Shown piece by piece: positions 1-8,570 of a stretch of DNA of 17,841 nucleotides. Below the pieces are notes generated by a model. The model did no database searches, was not told the origin of the DNA, and worked only from the letters and a program-made list of their open reading frames with translations. The DNA comes from Candidatus Sumerlaeia bacterium (GTDB lineage Bacteria; Sumerlaeota; Sumerlaeia; SLMS01). The stretch lies in assembly GCA_038208905.1 (NCBI GenBank), contig JBBQYG010000074.1:1-17841 (forward strand), written 5' to 3'. Position 1 is the first letter of the stretch; each line of letters opens with the position of its first letter. Made by a program: the position numbers and the translations under genes.

Positions 1-113
1 TTCAGCCCCTCTTCGAGCAATGGCTCGACGCCGCCATCATCCGCGCCTTCAACGAGTTCGAGCGCTATCGCCCCGCGCCCGCGCCATTTCCCACGGAGAC
101 ACCCAACGCATGA
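1..113 (+). CDS. 3' end of an upstream hypothetical protein (partial)
   Basis: The frame from nt 3 reads QPLFEQWLDAAIIRAFNEFERYRPAPAPFPTETPNA* with GC-rich third positions. Its TGA (111-113) overlaps the ATG at 110 (ATGA coupling). Confidence 0.6.
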   Translation, partial: QPLFEQWLDAAIIRAFNEFERYRPAPAPFPTETPNA

Positions 114-1267
114 TCGTCCGACGCAGCGAACTCGAGCAGGCCGAGAAGCGGCTGGCCCCGTATGCCTGCAAGTCCGCCGAGTCCCGCGGCCGCGAGAACC
201 CCATCGCGCCCGATCCCTGGCGCACGGATTTCCAGCGCGACCGCGACCGCATCATTCACTGTTCGGCCTTTCGAAAGCTCGAGTTCAAGACCCAGGTCTT
301 CGTGACCACGTCGGGCGACTATCACCGCACGCGGCTGACGCACACGATGGAGGTGGCCCAGATCGCGCGCACGCTGGCGCGGTCGCTGTGCCTCAACGTG
401 GACCTCACGGAGGCCATCGCCCTCGCGCACGACCTTGGCCACACGCCCTTCGGCCACGCGGGCGAGGACGCCATGCGCCTGTGCATGAAGGACCACGGCG
501 GCTTCGAGCACAACGCCCACGGCCTGCGCATCGTGGAGCTGCTGGAGGAACGCTATCCCGACTACCCGGGCCTCAACCTGTGCTACGAAATCCGCGAGGG
601 GATCGTGAAGCACGACACCGAGTACGACCACCCGGCCCAGAATCCCCGCTTCATGCCGGGCAAGATGGCGCCGCTGGAGGCGCAGGTCTGCGACATCAGC
701 GACGAGATCGCCTACAACTGCGCGGACCTGGACGACGCGCTCAAGCTCGGCTACATCGAGGAGGAGGACCTGCGAGAGATTCCCTGGATCTTCGACCTCT
801 TCGAGAAGACGCGCCACAACAACGGCGCCACCGCGCGGCAGAAGTATATACGCTTCGGCGCCATCGGAAACCTCTATGACCAGCACGTGGAGGATGTCCT
901 CTCCAACACGAGCGAAAAACTGGAGTCCGCGGGCGTCTCCACCGCCGACGAGGTTCGCGACTACGCCGGGCGCCTCGTCGATTTCACGCCCGCCTTCAAG
1001 GCCAGGCTGCGCACGCTGAAGAACTTCCTCCTCCAGCGCGTGTATATGCATCCCAAGACGCTGGGCAACTCCATGCGCGGCGGGCGCTTCATCACGGAAT
1101 TGTTCGCCGCATACGCCGCAACGCCGCGGCTCCTGCCCTTCAAGTACCAGAAAAAGATTGAGGCGGAGGGGACCGAGCGTATCGTCTGCGACTATATCTC
1201 GGGTATGACCGACCGCTTCCTGCACGAGCAGTATCGGCAACTCCACCATCCCGAAGTCTTCAAGTAG
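110..1267 (+). CDS. dgt: Deoxyguanosinetriphosphate triphosphohydrolase (dGTPase)-like HD-domain protein, ~385 aa
   Basis: Motifs RTDFQRDRDRIIHCSAFRKLEFKTQVF, RTRLTHTMEVAQIAR, HDLGHTPFGHAGE, DEIAYNCADLDD and C-terminal DYISGMTD. GGAG lies ~11 nt before ATG 110. Confidence 0.93.
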   Translation: MIVRRSELEQAEKRLAPYACKSAESRGRENPIAPDPWRTDFQRDRDRIIHCSAFRKLEFKTQVFVTTSGDYHRTRLTHTMEVAQIARTLARSLCLNVDLTEAIALAHDLGHTPFGHAGEDAMRLCMKDHGGFEHNAHGLRIVELLEERYPDYPGLNLCYEIREGIVKHDTEYDHPAQNPRFMPGKMAPLEAQVCDISDEIAYNCADLDDALKLGYIEEEDLREIPWIFDLFEKTRHNNGATARQKYIRFGAIGNLYDQHVEDVLSNTSEKLESAGVSTADEVRDYAGRLVDFTPAFKARLRTLKNFLLQRVYMHPKTLGNSMRGGRFITELFAAYAATPRLLPFKYQKKIEAEGTERIVCDYISGMTDRFLHEQYRQLHHPEVFK

Positions 1268-1349
1268 CGGGGCGACTGTTCGCAGCCCCGTTCGAGCAGG
1301 ATCACCGTCGCGACCCGGCGACACAGCACCTCCCCAACGGACAATCGAC

Positions 1350-1940
1350 ATGGCCCAGAATACCGAAGAGCCGCGCAAGAGCGCCCGCAAGACGCCGCGC
1401 CCGGCGACCACCGCGGCGAAGAAGCAGGTGCGCTCCGCCCGCAAGTCTCCACAACTTTCAACCACGCCCAAGAAGAAGAAGTCCTCCAGCCGGGGCGAGA
1501 CACCTTTCCTCGACGCGGCCCTTGCGGAGCCGTCGGCCCCAAAGGCAAAGCGCTCCGCTTCCCGCTCCAAGAACAAGGGCGCGCTCCCCGTGGGCGACAA
1601 CGGCCATGCGGACCTCGAATCGGCTCGTGCGCGCGTGGGTGAGTTTTCCGCTGCGGCCCTCGGCGAGCTTGCCGCCCTCGAGTCGATGATTCCCAACGTC
1701 CTCGACCGCGTGGCGAGGGATCTGAGGGACCGCACTCAGGAGCTCCGCCTGGCGATCCGCCGCCGCCTTGCCGCGAGCACCGCCACCAACGAGGAGGAGG
1801 CCGCCGAGCTGGCCGCGACCATCGAGAAGGTCGCCCTGCGCCTCATGCAGCTCCGCCTGGAGAAGGACGAGAATACCGAGCTGCTGGATCGAATTTCCCG
1901 CCGCTTGGATAAGTCCACCCGCAGGATTGGCGGCAAGTAG
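1350..1940 (+). CDS. Hypothetical protein with basic low-complexity (K/R/S/P) N-terminus and helical/coiled-coil C-terminus
   Basis: 196-aa ORF with typical codon bias, co-oriented between dgt and the permease (12-nt gap to the next ATG). No family recognised. Confidence 0.7.
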   Translation: MAQNTEEPRKSARKTPRPATTAAKKQVRSARKSPQLSTTPKKKKSSSRGETPFLDAALAEPSAPKAKRSASRSKNKGALPVGDNGHADLESARARVGEFSAAALGELAALESMIPNVLDRVARDLRDRTQELRLAIRRRLAASTATNEEEAAELAATIEKVALRLMQLRLEKDENTELLDRISRRLDKSTRRIGGK

Positions 1941-1952
1941 CCCGCCGCCGAG

Positions 1953-2744
1953 ATGCTCCAGGACGTCCTCCATGCCCGCCCGCTGTTGTGGATGCTCGTT
2001 AAGCGCGAGCTGCGGACTCGCTATGCCGGGTCGAATTTCGGCGCCCTTTGGAACCTGATCCACCCGGTGGTCCAGATCGGTATCTACCTAGTCATCTTCA
2101 CGTCGATCATGGGCCCGCGCATCGGCAGCGGCTCCGGCGGGGTCAATTACGCGATCCATCTGTGCGCCGGGATCGTTCCGTGGTTCCTGTTTTCCGAAAT
2201 CATTTCGCGGTGCTCCAACGTCCTGGTGGAGAACGCCAACCTCCTCAAGAAGATGCCCCTTGCAGAGGAGGTGCTCTATCTCAGCGTCTTCTTCACCTCC
2301 TTCATCGTCCATAGCGGGAGCATGTTGGCCCTGATCGCGGTGCTACTGCTGCTGGGGGCCGACATCGGGCCGCTGGTGCTCTTTGCGTTCCCGGTGATGA
2401 TGCTGCTGGGGCTGGTGGGGCTGGGGGTCGGGATGGTGCTCAGCGTGATGACCCTGCTAGTCCGCGATATTGGCCAATTTGTTCAGATTGGGCTGCTTCT
2501 GCTGTTCTGGTCGGTGCCGATCGTCTATGTCCCCGCCATCATCACGTCGGCCAAGATCGACTTCCTGATGCGGCTGAATCCCATCCGGGGCTACTTCACG
2601 CTAACCCAGCTTCTTTTCAACCCGCTGGAGACCTCGTTTCAGTCCGATGCCTACTGGAGCATGTTGCTCCTTCCGTTCGTCGCCGTGGCCGCTGGATTGG
2701 CCTTTGTGCGGTCCAACCGGTCAGAGATTCTGGATGCCCTGTAA
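1953..2744 (+). CDS. wzm: ABC-2 type polysaccharide/O-antigen export permease (Wzm-like)
   Basis: LVKRELRTRYAGSNFGALWNLIHP, CAGIVPWFLFSE, ENANLLKK, RDIGQFV, FWSVPIVY and LNP motifs; about 6 hydrophobic segments. Confidence 0.88.
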   Translation: MLQDVLHARPLLWMLVKRELRTRYAGSNFGALWNLIHPVVQIGIYLVIFTSIMGPRIGSGSGGVNYAIHLCAGIVPWFLFSEIISRCSNVLVENANLLKKMPLAEEVLYLSVFFTSFIVHSGSMLALIAVLLLLGADIGPLVLFAFPVMMLLGLVGLGVGMVLSVMTLLVRDIGQFVQIGLLLLFWSVPIVYVPAIITSAKIDFLMRLNPIRGYFTLTQLLFNPLETSFQSDAYWSMLLLPFVAVAAGLAFVRSNRSEILDAL

Positions 2745-2872
2745 CCTATTTGTCACGTTCTGGCTAAACCGCTGAATCGGCAGGGGGCCCCCTACCCCCC
2801 ACCTGCCATTGACAGGGACCAGTCCCGCGGGGCCAGAGTCCCCCACTGCCGGGGAGGCAGGCACGACACCCG

Positions 2873-3589
2873 ATGCATCTCATGACGCCCAGACTGGGCA
2901 TTGCCAAACCGGGATGGATTTACTTCGTCCCCTTGCTTCTCGCCGCCGCGCTGCTCGTCGGCATCGGGCTCTGGTGGGCCGCGATCCTCCCGGGAATCGC
3001 CGGGCTCTATACGATTTACTTCTTCCGCGACCCCGAGCGTCGCGTGCCCGGCATCCCCCATTCGATCTGCTCGCCCGCCGATGGGCGCGTTGCCTCCGTG
3101 GTGGAGGTCCCCTGTGACCGCATGCCCAGCGGACGCGCCCGCCGCGTGGCCGTCTTCCTCAACGTCTTCAACGTCCACGTCCAGCGCGCCCCCATCGGCG
3201 GCACCGTTGTCGCGGTCGAGCGCCGCCCCGGCCGCTACATGAACGCCCTGAACGAGAAGTGCTCCGAGGAGAACGAGGCCGTCACCATCTGGCTGGAGAC
3301 CGACATGGGCATCGTCGGCGTCCGCCAAATCGCCGGAGCCATCGCCCGCCGCATCGTCTGCGCCGCCAAGGTTGGCGACCGGCTGGAGCGCGGAGACCGC
3401 TACGGCCTGATCCAGTTCGGCTCCCGCGTGGAGGTCTTCCTCCCCACCGACTCCACCGTCAAGGTCCAGCCCGGACAGAAGGTCAGCTCCGGCGTCTCCT
3501 GCCTCGCCGTGCTCTTCGAGGAAGAAGTCAAGCGCGGCTACTCCCGCGAGGCCGTCGCCCGCATCGCCGTGGGCGTGGGGCCGGAGTAG
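2873..3589 (+). CDS. psd: Phosphatidylserine decarboxylase proenzyme (short type)
   Basis: FFRDPER, SPADGRV, FLNVFNVHVQRAP, RQIAGAIARRIVC and the self-cleavage motif GLIQFGSRVEVFLP. Start could be 2873 or 2882. Confidence 0.92.
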   Translation: MHLMTPRLGIAKPGWIYFVPLLLAAALLVGIGLWWAAILPGIAGLYTIYFFRDPERRVPGIPHSICSPADGRVASVVEVPCDRMPSGRARRVAVFLNVFNVHVQRAPIGGTVVAVERRPGRYMNALNEKCSEENEAVTIWLETDMGIVGVRQIAGAIARRIVCAAKVGDRLERGDRYGLIQFGSRVEVFLPTDSTVKVQPGQKVSSGVSCLAVLFEEEVKRGYSREAVARIAVGVGPE

Positions 3590-3617
3590 TATCCAAAGGG
3601 TTCTTGGCCCCCGTGTT

Positions 3618-3703
3618 ATAGTGACCTTGTTGACAGGGTTGATCCCATTGTAGCGCAGAGGCGCGCTGACCGTGGAGTCAACGCGGTCAATACGGTCCCC
3701 AAT
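3618..3703. repeat. Inverted pair of degenerate 9-nt-period repeats (TTGAC... / GTCAA...)
   Basis: Left arm gtgaccttg-ttgacaggg-ttgatccca (3621-3647); right arm gtcaacgcg-gtcaatacg-gtccccaat (3677-3703). The arms are ~18/26 complementary. Confidence 0.6.
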
Positions 3704-3720
3704 CTACCCGGGATTCTGAG

Positions 3721-3861
3721 ATGCCTGAACTCTTCGACGAGCGCGACGCGTTCCGGCCTTTTAGGAAACCGGCGCGGCGGCGGAAGTCCGCCAAGGGAGA
3801 TTTCTGGGGTTGCTCCGCCTATCCCGAATGCAAAGGAACCCGCCCGATATCACCGCAATAA
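3721..3861 (+). pseudogene. Internally deleted mini-gene retaining the second half of a topoisomerase-type C4 zinc ribbon (possible four-helix-bundle-suffix protein relic)
   Basis: MPELFDERDAFRPFRKPARRRKSAKGDFWGCSAYPECKGTRPISPQ*. FWGCSxYPxCKGTR is the C-terminal half of a topoisomerase C4 zinc ribbon; the first CxxC is missing. Confidence 0.65.
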
Positions 3862-3868
3862 CCCAACT

Positions 3869-3943
3869 GCCAATGAGGTCCGCAAGGTCAATGCGGTCAT
3901 CAAAGTCCACACCCCCGGCAAAACCATCCACCATCCAATACCC
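3869..3943. repeat. Degenerate tandem 9-nt repeats (x5) followed by 7-nt repeats
   Basis: gccaatgag-gtccgcaag-gtcaatgcg-gtcatcaaa-gtccacacc (3869-3913), then ccatcca-ccatcca-ataccc (3924-3943). Confidence 0.55.
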
Positions 3944-3956
3944 CGCCCCGCCCCCC

Positions 3957-4583
3957 TCACCGCTCCCCCCGCGGCCCCTTCCATTCCATGCCGATCTGGT
4001 GGTCAATTTCCAGCAGGTTCAGGACCTTCATGGCCATGAAGTCCACCAGGTCGTCGATGGTGCGGGGGTCGCTGTAGAAGCCGGGCATGGCGGGGACGAG
4101 GTGGGCGCCGGCTTCGGCGAGGGTGAGCATGTTGCGGAGGTGGATGGCGCTGAGGGGGGTCTCGCGCGGCACGATGACCAGGGGGCGGCGCTCCTTGAGG
4201 AACACATCGGCGCAGCGCGACAGCAAATCGTCGGAGTACCCGTGGGCGATGCCGGCGCAGGTCTTCATGCTGGCGGGCATCACGATCATGGCCCGCGCGC
4301 GAAAGGTGCCACTGGCGGGGCGCGCGGCGATGTCGCCGACATTGTAGAGGGTCACGAGCGCCGCGGCGTCCTCCTCCGAAATCTTCAGCCACGAGGTCAG
4401 CGGAGACGACGCGCCGACTCCCGCGAGGCCCTCCTCCTCCTGCATGACGCGCCAGGCGCTCCGCGTGACGAGCAAGTGTACGTGCCAGCGCAGGGCCACC
4501 AGCCGCTCGATCAGCCTCATGCCATAGCGCACGCCGCTGGCGCCGCTGATTCCCACCACGATGTGGTTGCCGTTCTCAGCCAT
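3957..4583 (-). CDS. ubiX: Flavin prenyltransferase UbiX
   Basis: IVVGISGASG, ASGTF, PASMKTCAGIAHGYSDDLLSRCADVFLKERRPLVIVPRETPL and PAMPGFY. Confidence 0.95.
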   Translation of the reverse strand: MAENGNHIVVGISGASGVRYGMRLIERLVALRWHVHLLVTRSAWRVMQEEEGLAGVGASSPLTSWLKISEEDAAALVTLYNVGDIAARPASGTFRARAMIVMPASMKTCAGIAHGYSDDLLSRCADVFLKERRPLVIVPRETPLSAIHLRNMLTLAEAGAHLVPAMPGFYSDPRTIDDLVDFMAMKVLNLLEIDHQIGMEWKGPRGER

Positions 4584-4586
4584 TTG

Positions 4587-5306
4587 TCATTCCCGAACGC
4601 CGAGGTGGAGCGCCGCGATCCCAAGGCTGAGGGCGCAGTGCCGGACTTGTCCGATGCCACACCGCTGCATGGTGCGGGCCAGTTCCTTCCTTCCAGGGAA
4701 GTGAACCACGGAGAAGGGAAGGTAAAGATAGGCGGATTTCTGGGACAGCAGGGCGCCGATCCGCGGCAGCACGTGGAGGAAGTAGGGCATGTAGAGTCCG
4801 CGGACGATGGCGTTCTCGGGCTTGCTGAACTCCAGGATGGCGATGGTGCCGCCGGGGCGCAGGACGCGGCGCATCTCGCGCAGGCCTCCCTCCAGCGACT
4901 CCATGTTGCGGATGCCAAAGGCGATCGTGACGAGGTCGAAGCTCTCCGACGCAAAGGGAAGGCGAAGCCCATCGGCCTCGATCCACGCGATGGAGCCGTC
5001 GGGCGCCTTGACCTGGGCCTTGCGGAGCATCGGGGCGGAGAAGTCGGCGCCGATCACCTCGCATCCGGCGTGGGCGTGCTGGCGGATCTCCATCGCCATG
5101 TCGCCGGTGCCGCAGGCCAAGTCGAGAACCCGCCGCATGGACGGGCGAAGGGCCTCCTTCACGGCGAGGCGGCGCCAGGCGATGTCGGTTCCGCCGCTGA
5201 GGACGTGGTTGAGCAGGTCGTAGCGGGGGGCGATCTGGTCGAACATGGACCGGATTTTGTCGGACTGCTGGGAAGGCTTGGGGACTGCGGCGGCGGGGGT
5301 TGTCAC
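4587..5306 (-). CDS. ubiE: Demethylmenaquinone/ubiquinone C-methyltransferase (UbiE/MenG)
   Basis: MFDQIAPRYDLLNHVLSGG, SAM motif VLDLACGTGD, FDLVTIAFGIRN, EMRRVLRPGG, ILEFSKP and AYLYL. GTG start at 5306 is inferred. Confidence 0.93.
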   Translation of the reverse strand: MTTPAAAVPKPSQQSDKIRSMFDQIAPRYDLLNHVLSGGTDIAWRRLAVKEALRPSMRRVLDLACGTGDMAMEIRQHAHAGCEVIGADFSAPMLRKAQVKAPDGSIAWIEADGLRLPFASESFDLVTIAFGIRNMESLEGGLREMRRVLRPGGTIAILEFSKPENAIVRGLYMPYFLHVLPRIGALLSQKSAYLYLPFSVVHFPGRKELARTMQRCGIGQVRHCALSLGIAALHLGVRE

Positions 5307-5546
5307 GGGTGGGAAGTTCGCTCTTGCGGCATCGTTGGGGGCCTGCCTAGCGTCCCTCGGCTCCGGGGGCGACACAAGCCCACAAGGGCGGGGACTCCCC
5401 CCACTCTGGCATGTTTCGGGCCATCGGCAAACAATCGGCGCCGCCCGGCGGTCTTTCTCCCGGGCCCCCAGTGGGGACCGGCCGCTGAGGAATTGCACGG
5501 CCACCCACCGGGGGCCCGCGACCCCAACCCGACTTCAAGGAAGATC

Positions 5547-8249
5547 ATGCATCCACGACGGCATTTGTCCACCGCGCTGGCCATCCTGGCGGGTGCCGCG
5601 CACCTTGCCGGGGCCCAGGACGCCCCGCCCCCCGCGGAGATCACCCAGGAGCAGGCCGCCATCGCCGCCACCGCTCCCGTCGCGGCGGCGCTCGGCCCTG
5701 TGCGCGTACTGCCCGTGGACGACTTTGCCCTGATCCCCGACGACTTCTGGACCCACGGCGGGTTCGGCGATATTGTCCTGCGCAACGACTACGCGGGGTT
5801 CACCTTTGGCGCCGCGACGACTGCCGGGGACCAGCCCAACTATGCGCGCCAGGGGAGTATCCTGGACATCTTTCCCGCGCCCTCCGCGCCGGAAAGTTTC
5901 GAAGTCTTCCAGCCCTCCACCGACTTCGCGTCGGCGGGGCGCACCGTCTTCCAGTCGGCGATGGAGTTCGCCGCCGATCCCTCCGGCGACTCGGCGACCG
6001 TAACCGTCCGCGGGCACGATCTGGGCAAGCCCCAGATCGCCATCGAGAGCACCTACGAGATGCGGCGCGACTGGCCCGGACTCCTTGCGACGACCACCTT
6101 CAAGAACACCGGCGAGGCCGACGTCGAGCTGGCGATGCTGGGCGACCACGTTGGCCTGGGCGCGATGGTGCCGTTCCTCTCGGGCTCCGGGTATTCGATG
6201 AAGGCGGGGATCGTGGACGAGTGCGAATTCTTCTTCGCCCGCCGGCAGGACAGCTTCGTCTTCATCAAGCCGTTGGAGGGTTTCTTCACCTATCGCAACG
6301 CCCAGCAGTCGGGTGCCATCGCCTACAAGCAGAACGTGACGATCAAGCCCGGTGGCAGCGAGACGATCAAGCGGTGGATCCTGACCAACTCCACCGATCC
6401 GAGCCAGCTCTTCGCCTTTACCCTGAAGCAGAAGGGCCCCGCCGCCTATGGCGGCATCGGCGGGCGCATCGTGGAGCGCACCCAGCTTGCCGACGGGCGC
6501 GTGACCGACACCGCACTGGTCCCCAACGCGGAAGTCCGCCTCTCGATCGTCGATCGCCCCGACATGCCGAAAAGCTACATGCTCCGGCCCTATATCAATG
6601 CCGTGACGGATGCACAGGGCAATTTCAGCACGCTGCTGCCCCCGGGCGAATACCGTGTCTCCGCCGCCACGCCCTCGCGCCTGAGCGATACCTCTCCGAT
6701 CGCGCTGCGCGTGGAAGCCGGGAAGGTGGCCGCGCGGGACGTGGCCGTGTCGCGGCCCTCCACGGTGACCTACGAGACCTTCGACGCGGAGACCGGCGAG
6801 CCGATCCCGGCGAAGATTTCCTTTCAGCCGCTGCGCGGAACCAACGAGCCCGACTTTGGTCCCCCCGGCGGCCTCGCCAGCGGCGCGGCCATGTACACCT
6901 TCACGGGCAAGGGCCTTGCGGAAGTTCCCGCCGGCGACTACCGCGTGGTCGCCTCCCACGGCAACGAGTACCACACCGCCGAGGCCCGCGTCCGGCTCCA
7001 GGCCTCGCGGTCGGAGTCCGTGCGATTCGACCTGAAGCGCGCCTTCAAGACCGACGGCTGGATTTCCGCCGACGTGGTGCAGACCAACCGCTCCCCCCAC
7101 TCGCGCACCGATCCACGCGACCGCGTCGTCAGCGCCATCGCCGAGGGGCTCGACTGGGTCATCACGGGCGATCTGAACCGCATCACGAACTTGCAGCCGG
7201 TGGTTGACGCCCTCGCAGCCGGCGACCGCATCAAGGCATCGCCGGGCCTGCGCATCGGCTCCACAGTCGAGTCGCCCCGCAGCGAATTCCTCCTCTTTCC
7301 CACCGGCCTCTGCAAGGACGGCCCCGCGATCGACCTAGAGGCGATCCTCGCCGCCAAGACCCCCGCGGAGACCATCCGCAAGATCCGCGAAGTCTGCTCC
7401 GACGCGGTGCTGGTCGCCAACCGCCCCATCTTTCCCGCCATCGGCATTCTGGCGATGCAGGACTACGATCTGGCGACAGGCCGTTTTCCACTCGCGCGCA
7501 CGATGGACGTGAAGGGCATCGACGCGTTCCAGATCTGGGAAGGCAAGCGCCAGGCCATCGTCGAGCAATCGGTCGATGCATGGTACGGCCTCATCGGCAG
7601 GGAGTCGCCGCGCCTCGCGATTTTCGGCAACAGTCACTCCGCCGGCACCTACAACGAGGAGCCCGGCTATCCGCGCATGTACATCAAGAGCAGCCAGGAT
7701 TCCCCCCGCAAGCTGGACGAGGCGGAGCTGGCCAAGAGCATCCGCGAAGGCCGCGTGATGGTGACCAACGGGCCGTTCATCGAGTTGCTGGTGGACGGCA
7801 AGGCGGGAATCGGCGACACCGTGGTGCCCAAGGACAAGCAACTGACGGTGAGCGTGAGGGTCTATTCGCCCAACTGGGCCAATGTCTCCTCCGTGTCCGT
7901 GAATCTGAACGGAGCCTTTGCCCGCAAGTTCGTCATCCCCGCCGCCTCCGCCGATCCCGAGGCGGGCCTGGTCTTTCCGCGGAATGACGAGGCCGCGGAG
8001 TTCAAGCTGAACGTGGCGGCGGATTCGATCCTCACCATCCTGGTGGAGGGCGACCCCGGGCTCCAGCAGGATCCCGTCAACCCGCTCGTCATGCCGTCAA
8101 CCCAGCGCGACCTTCCGCGCGGGCAGCTTACCTACGCCGTTACCGGCCCGATCTACATCGACGCGGATGGAGACGGCAAGGTGACGCCAGACCTCGAATC
8201 ATTCCGCGGCAAGGAAGCGCAGTCGGGCAGCACCGTGGCGCCATTCTGA
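5547..8249 (+). CDS. Large secreted protein (~900 aa): signal peptide, beta-sandwich/carboxypeptidase-regulatory-like domains and a C-terminal CehA/McbA-like PHP domain with degenerate metal ligands
   Basis: AAGGAAG precedes ATG 5547. Signal peptide MHPRRHLSTALAILAGAAHLAGA-Q. Motifs TDAQGNFSTLLPPGEYRV, VPAGDYRVVASHGNEY, GWISAD..AEGLD..GNSHS..GYPRMY..GRVMVTNGPF and TGPIYIDADGDG. Confidence 0.8.
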   Translation: MHPRRHLSTALAILAGAAHLAGAQDAPPPAEITQEQAAIAATAPVAAALGPVRVLPVDDFALIPDDFWTHGGFGDIVLRNDYAGFTFGAATTAGDQPNYARQGSILDIFPAPSAPESFEVFQPSTDFASAGRTVFQSAMEFAADPSGDSATVTVRGHDLGKPQIAIESTYEMRRDWPGLLATTTFKNTGEADVELAMLGDHVGLGAMVPFLSGSGYSMKAGIVDECEFFFARRQDSFVFIKPLEGFFTYRNAQQSGAIAYKQNVTIKPGGSETIKRWILTNSTDPSQLFAFTLKQKGPAAYGGIGGRIVERTQLADGRVTDTALVPNAEVRLSIVDRPDMPKSYMLRPYINAVTDAQGNFSTLLPPGEYRVSAATPSRLSDTSPIALRVEAGKVAARDVAVSRPSTVTYETFDAETGEPIPAKISFQPLRGTNEPDFGPPGGLASGAAMYTFTGKGLAEVPAGDYRVVASHGNEYHTAEARVRLQASRSESVRFDLKRAFKTDGWISADVVQTNRSPHSRTDPRDRVVSAIAEGLDWVITGDLNRITNLQPVVDALAAGDRIKASPGLRIGSTVESPRSEFLLFPTGLCKDGPAIDLEAILAAKTPAETIRKIREVCSDAVLVANRPIFPAIGILAMQDYDLATGRFPLARTMDVKGIDAFQIWEGKRQAIVEQSVDAWYGLIGRESPRLAIFGNSHSAGTYNEEPGYPRMYIKSSQDSPRKLDEAELAKSIREGRVMVTNGPFIELLVDGKAGIGDTVVPKDKQLTVSVRVYSPNWANVSSVSVNLNGAFARKFVIPAASADPEAGLVFPRNDEAAEFKLNVAADSILTILVEGDPGLQQDPVNPLVMPSTQRDLPRGQLTYAVTGPIYIDADGDGKVTPDLESFRGKEAQSGSTVAPF

Positions 8250-8276
8250 CCGGAATCCGCGTCGGCCTGAATTAAT

Positions 8277-8310
8277 GGCGCCGCAATTGTGAGTGACAGC
8301 GGCGCCCTTT
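8277..8310 (+). terminator. Possible intrinsic terminator hairpin
   Basis: GGCGCCGC (8277-8284) pairs with GCGGCGCC (8299-8306), 27 nt after the stop at 8249. It is followed only by a weak CTTT tract. Confidence 0.3.
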
Positions 8311-8570
8311 CCCGGCAACGATCCCTGCATTCGCAAGGACGATCACGATGTCAGTCGCCACGCTTGCTCCCAAGTCCGTTGCCACTATGCCCCGCCCCCT
8401 TTCGAGCGCGGAATTCGTGGGCATGGTCGAGGCCGGCATCATCGGCGAGCGCGAGCGCGTGGAGCTGATCGAGGGGGCGATCTAAGCGATGTCGCCAATC
8501 GGGCCAAGGCACTCTGGATTTCTGATCGCGCCGATTGACATCCTGGCTCCCCACGCGAAGGGGAGACTTC

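Noticed and set aside
65..1735. 556-aa minus-strand ORF (likewise 9509-11200, 5535-7100, 11654-12679 and 15015-15959)
   Set aside because: Antisense shadows of well-supported genes, with no recognisable motifs.
2809..2840. TTGACA as a -35 box for psd
   Set aside because: No convincing -10 hexamer at 16-18 nt spacing, so it cannot be supported.
3618..3913. CRISPR array or tRNA in the periodic repeats
   Set aside because: The units are 9 nt, degenerate and lack unique spacers. No cloverleaf or cas genes were seen.
5365..5390. Peptide PCGLVS in a minus frame here and in a plus frame near 12652
   Set aside because: Six-residue match in non-coding or marginal frames with no extended DNA similarity; treated as coincidence.
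3810..5546. N-terminal 579 codons of the 1479-aa ORF
   Set aside because: Mostly an antisense shadow of ubiX/ubiE in high-GC DNA. The real gene starts at ATG 5547 with an RBS and signal peptide.
8285..8293. AATTGTGAG resembling a lac operator half-site
   Set aside because: Only 9 nt, with no second half and no vector context; chance match.
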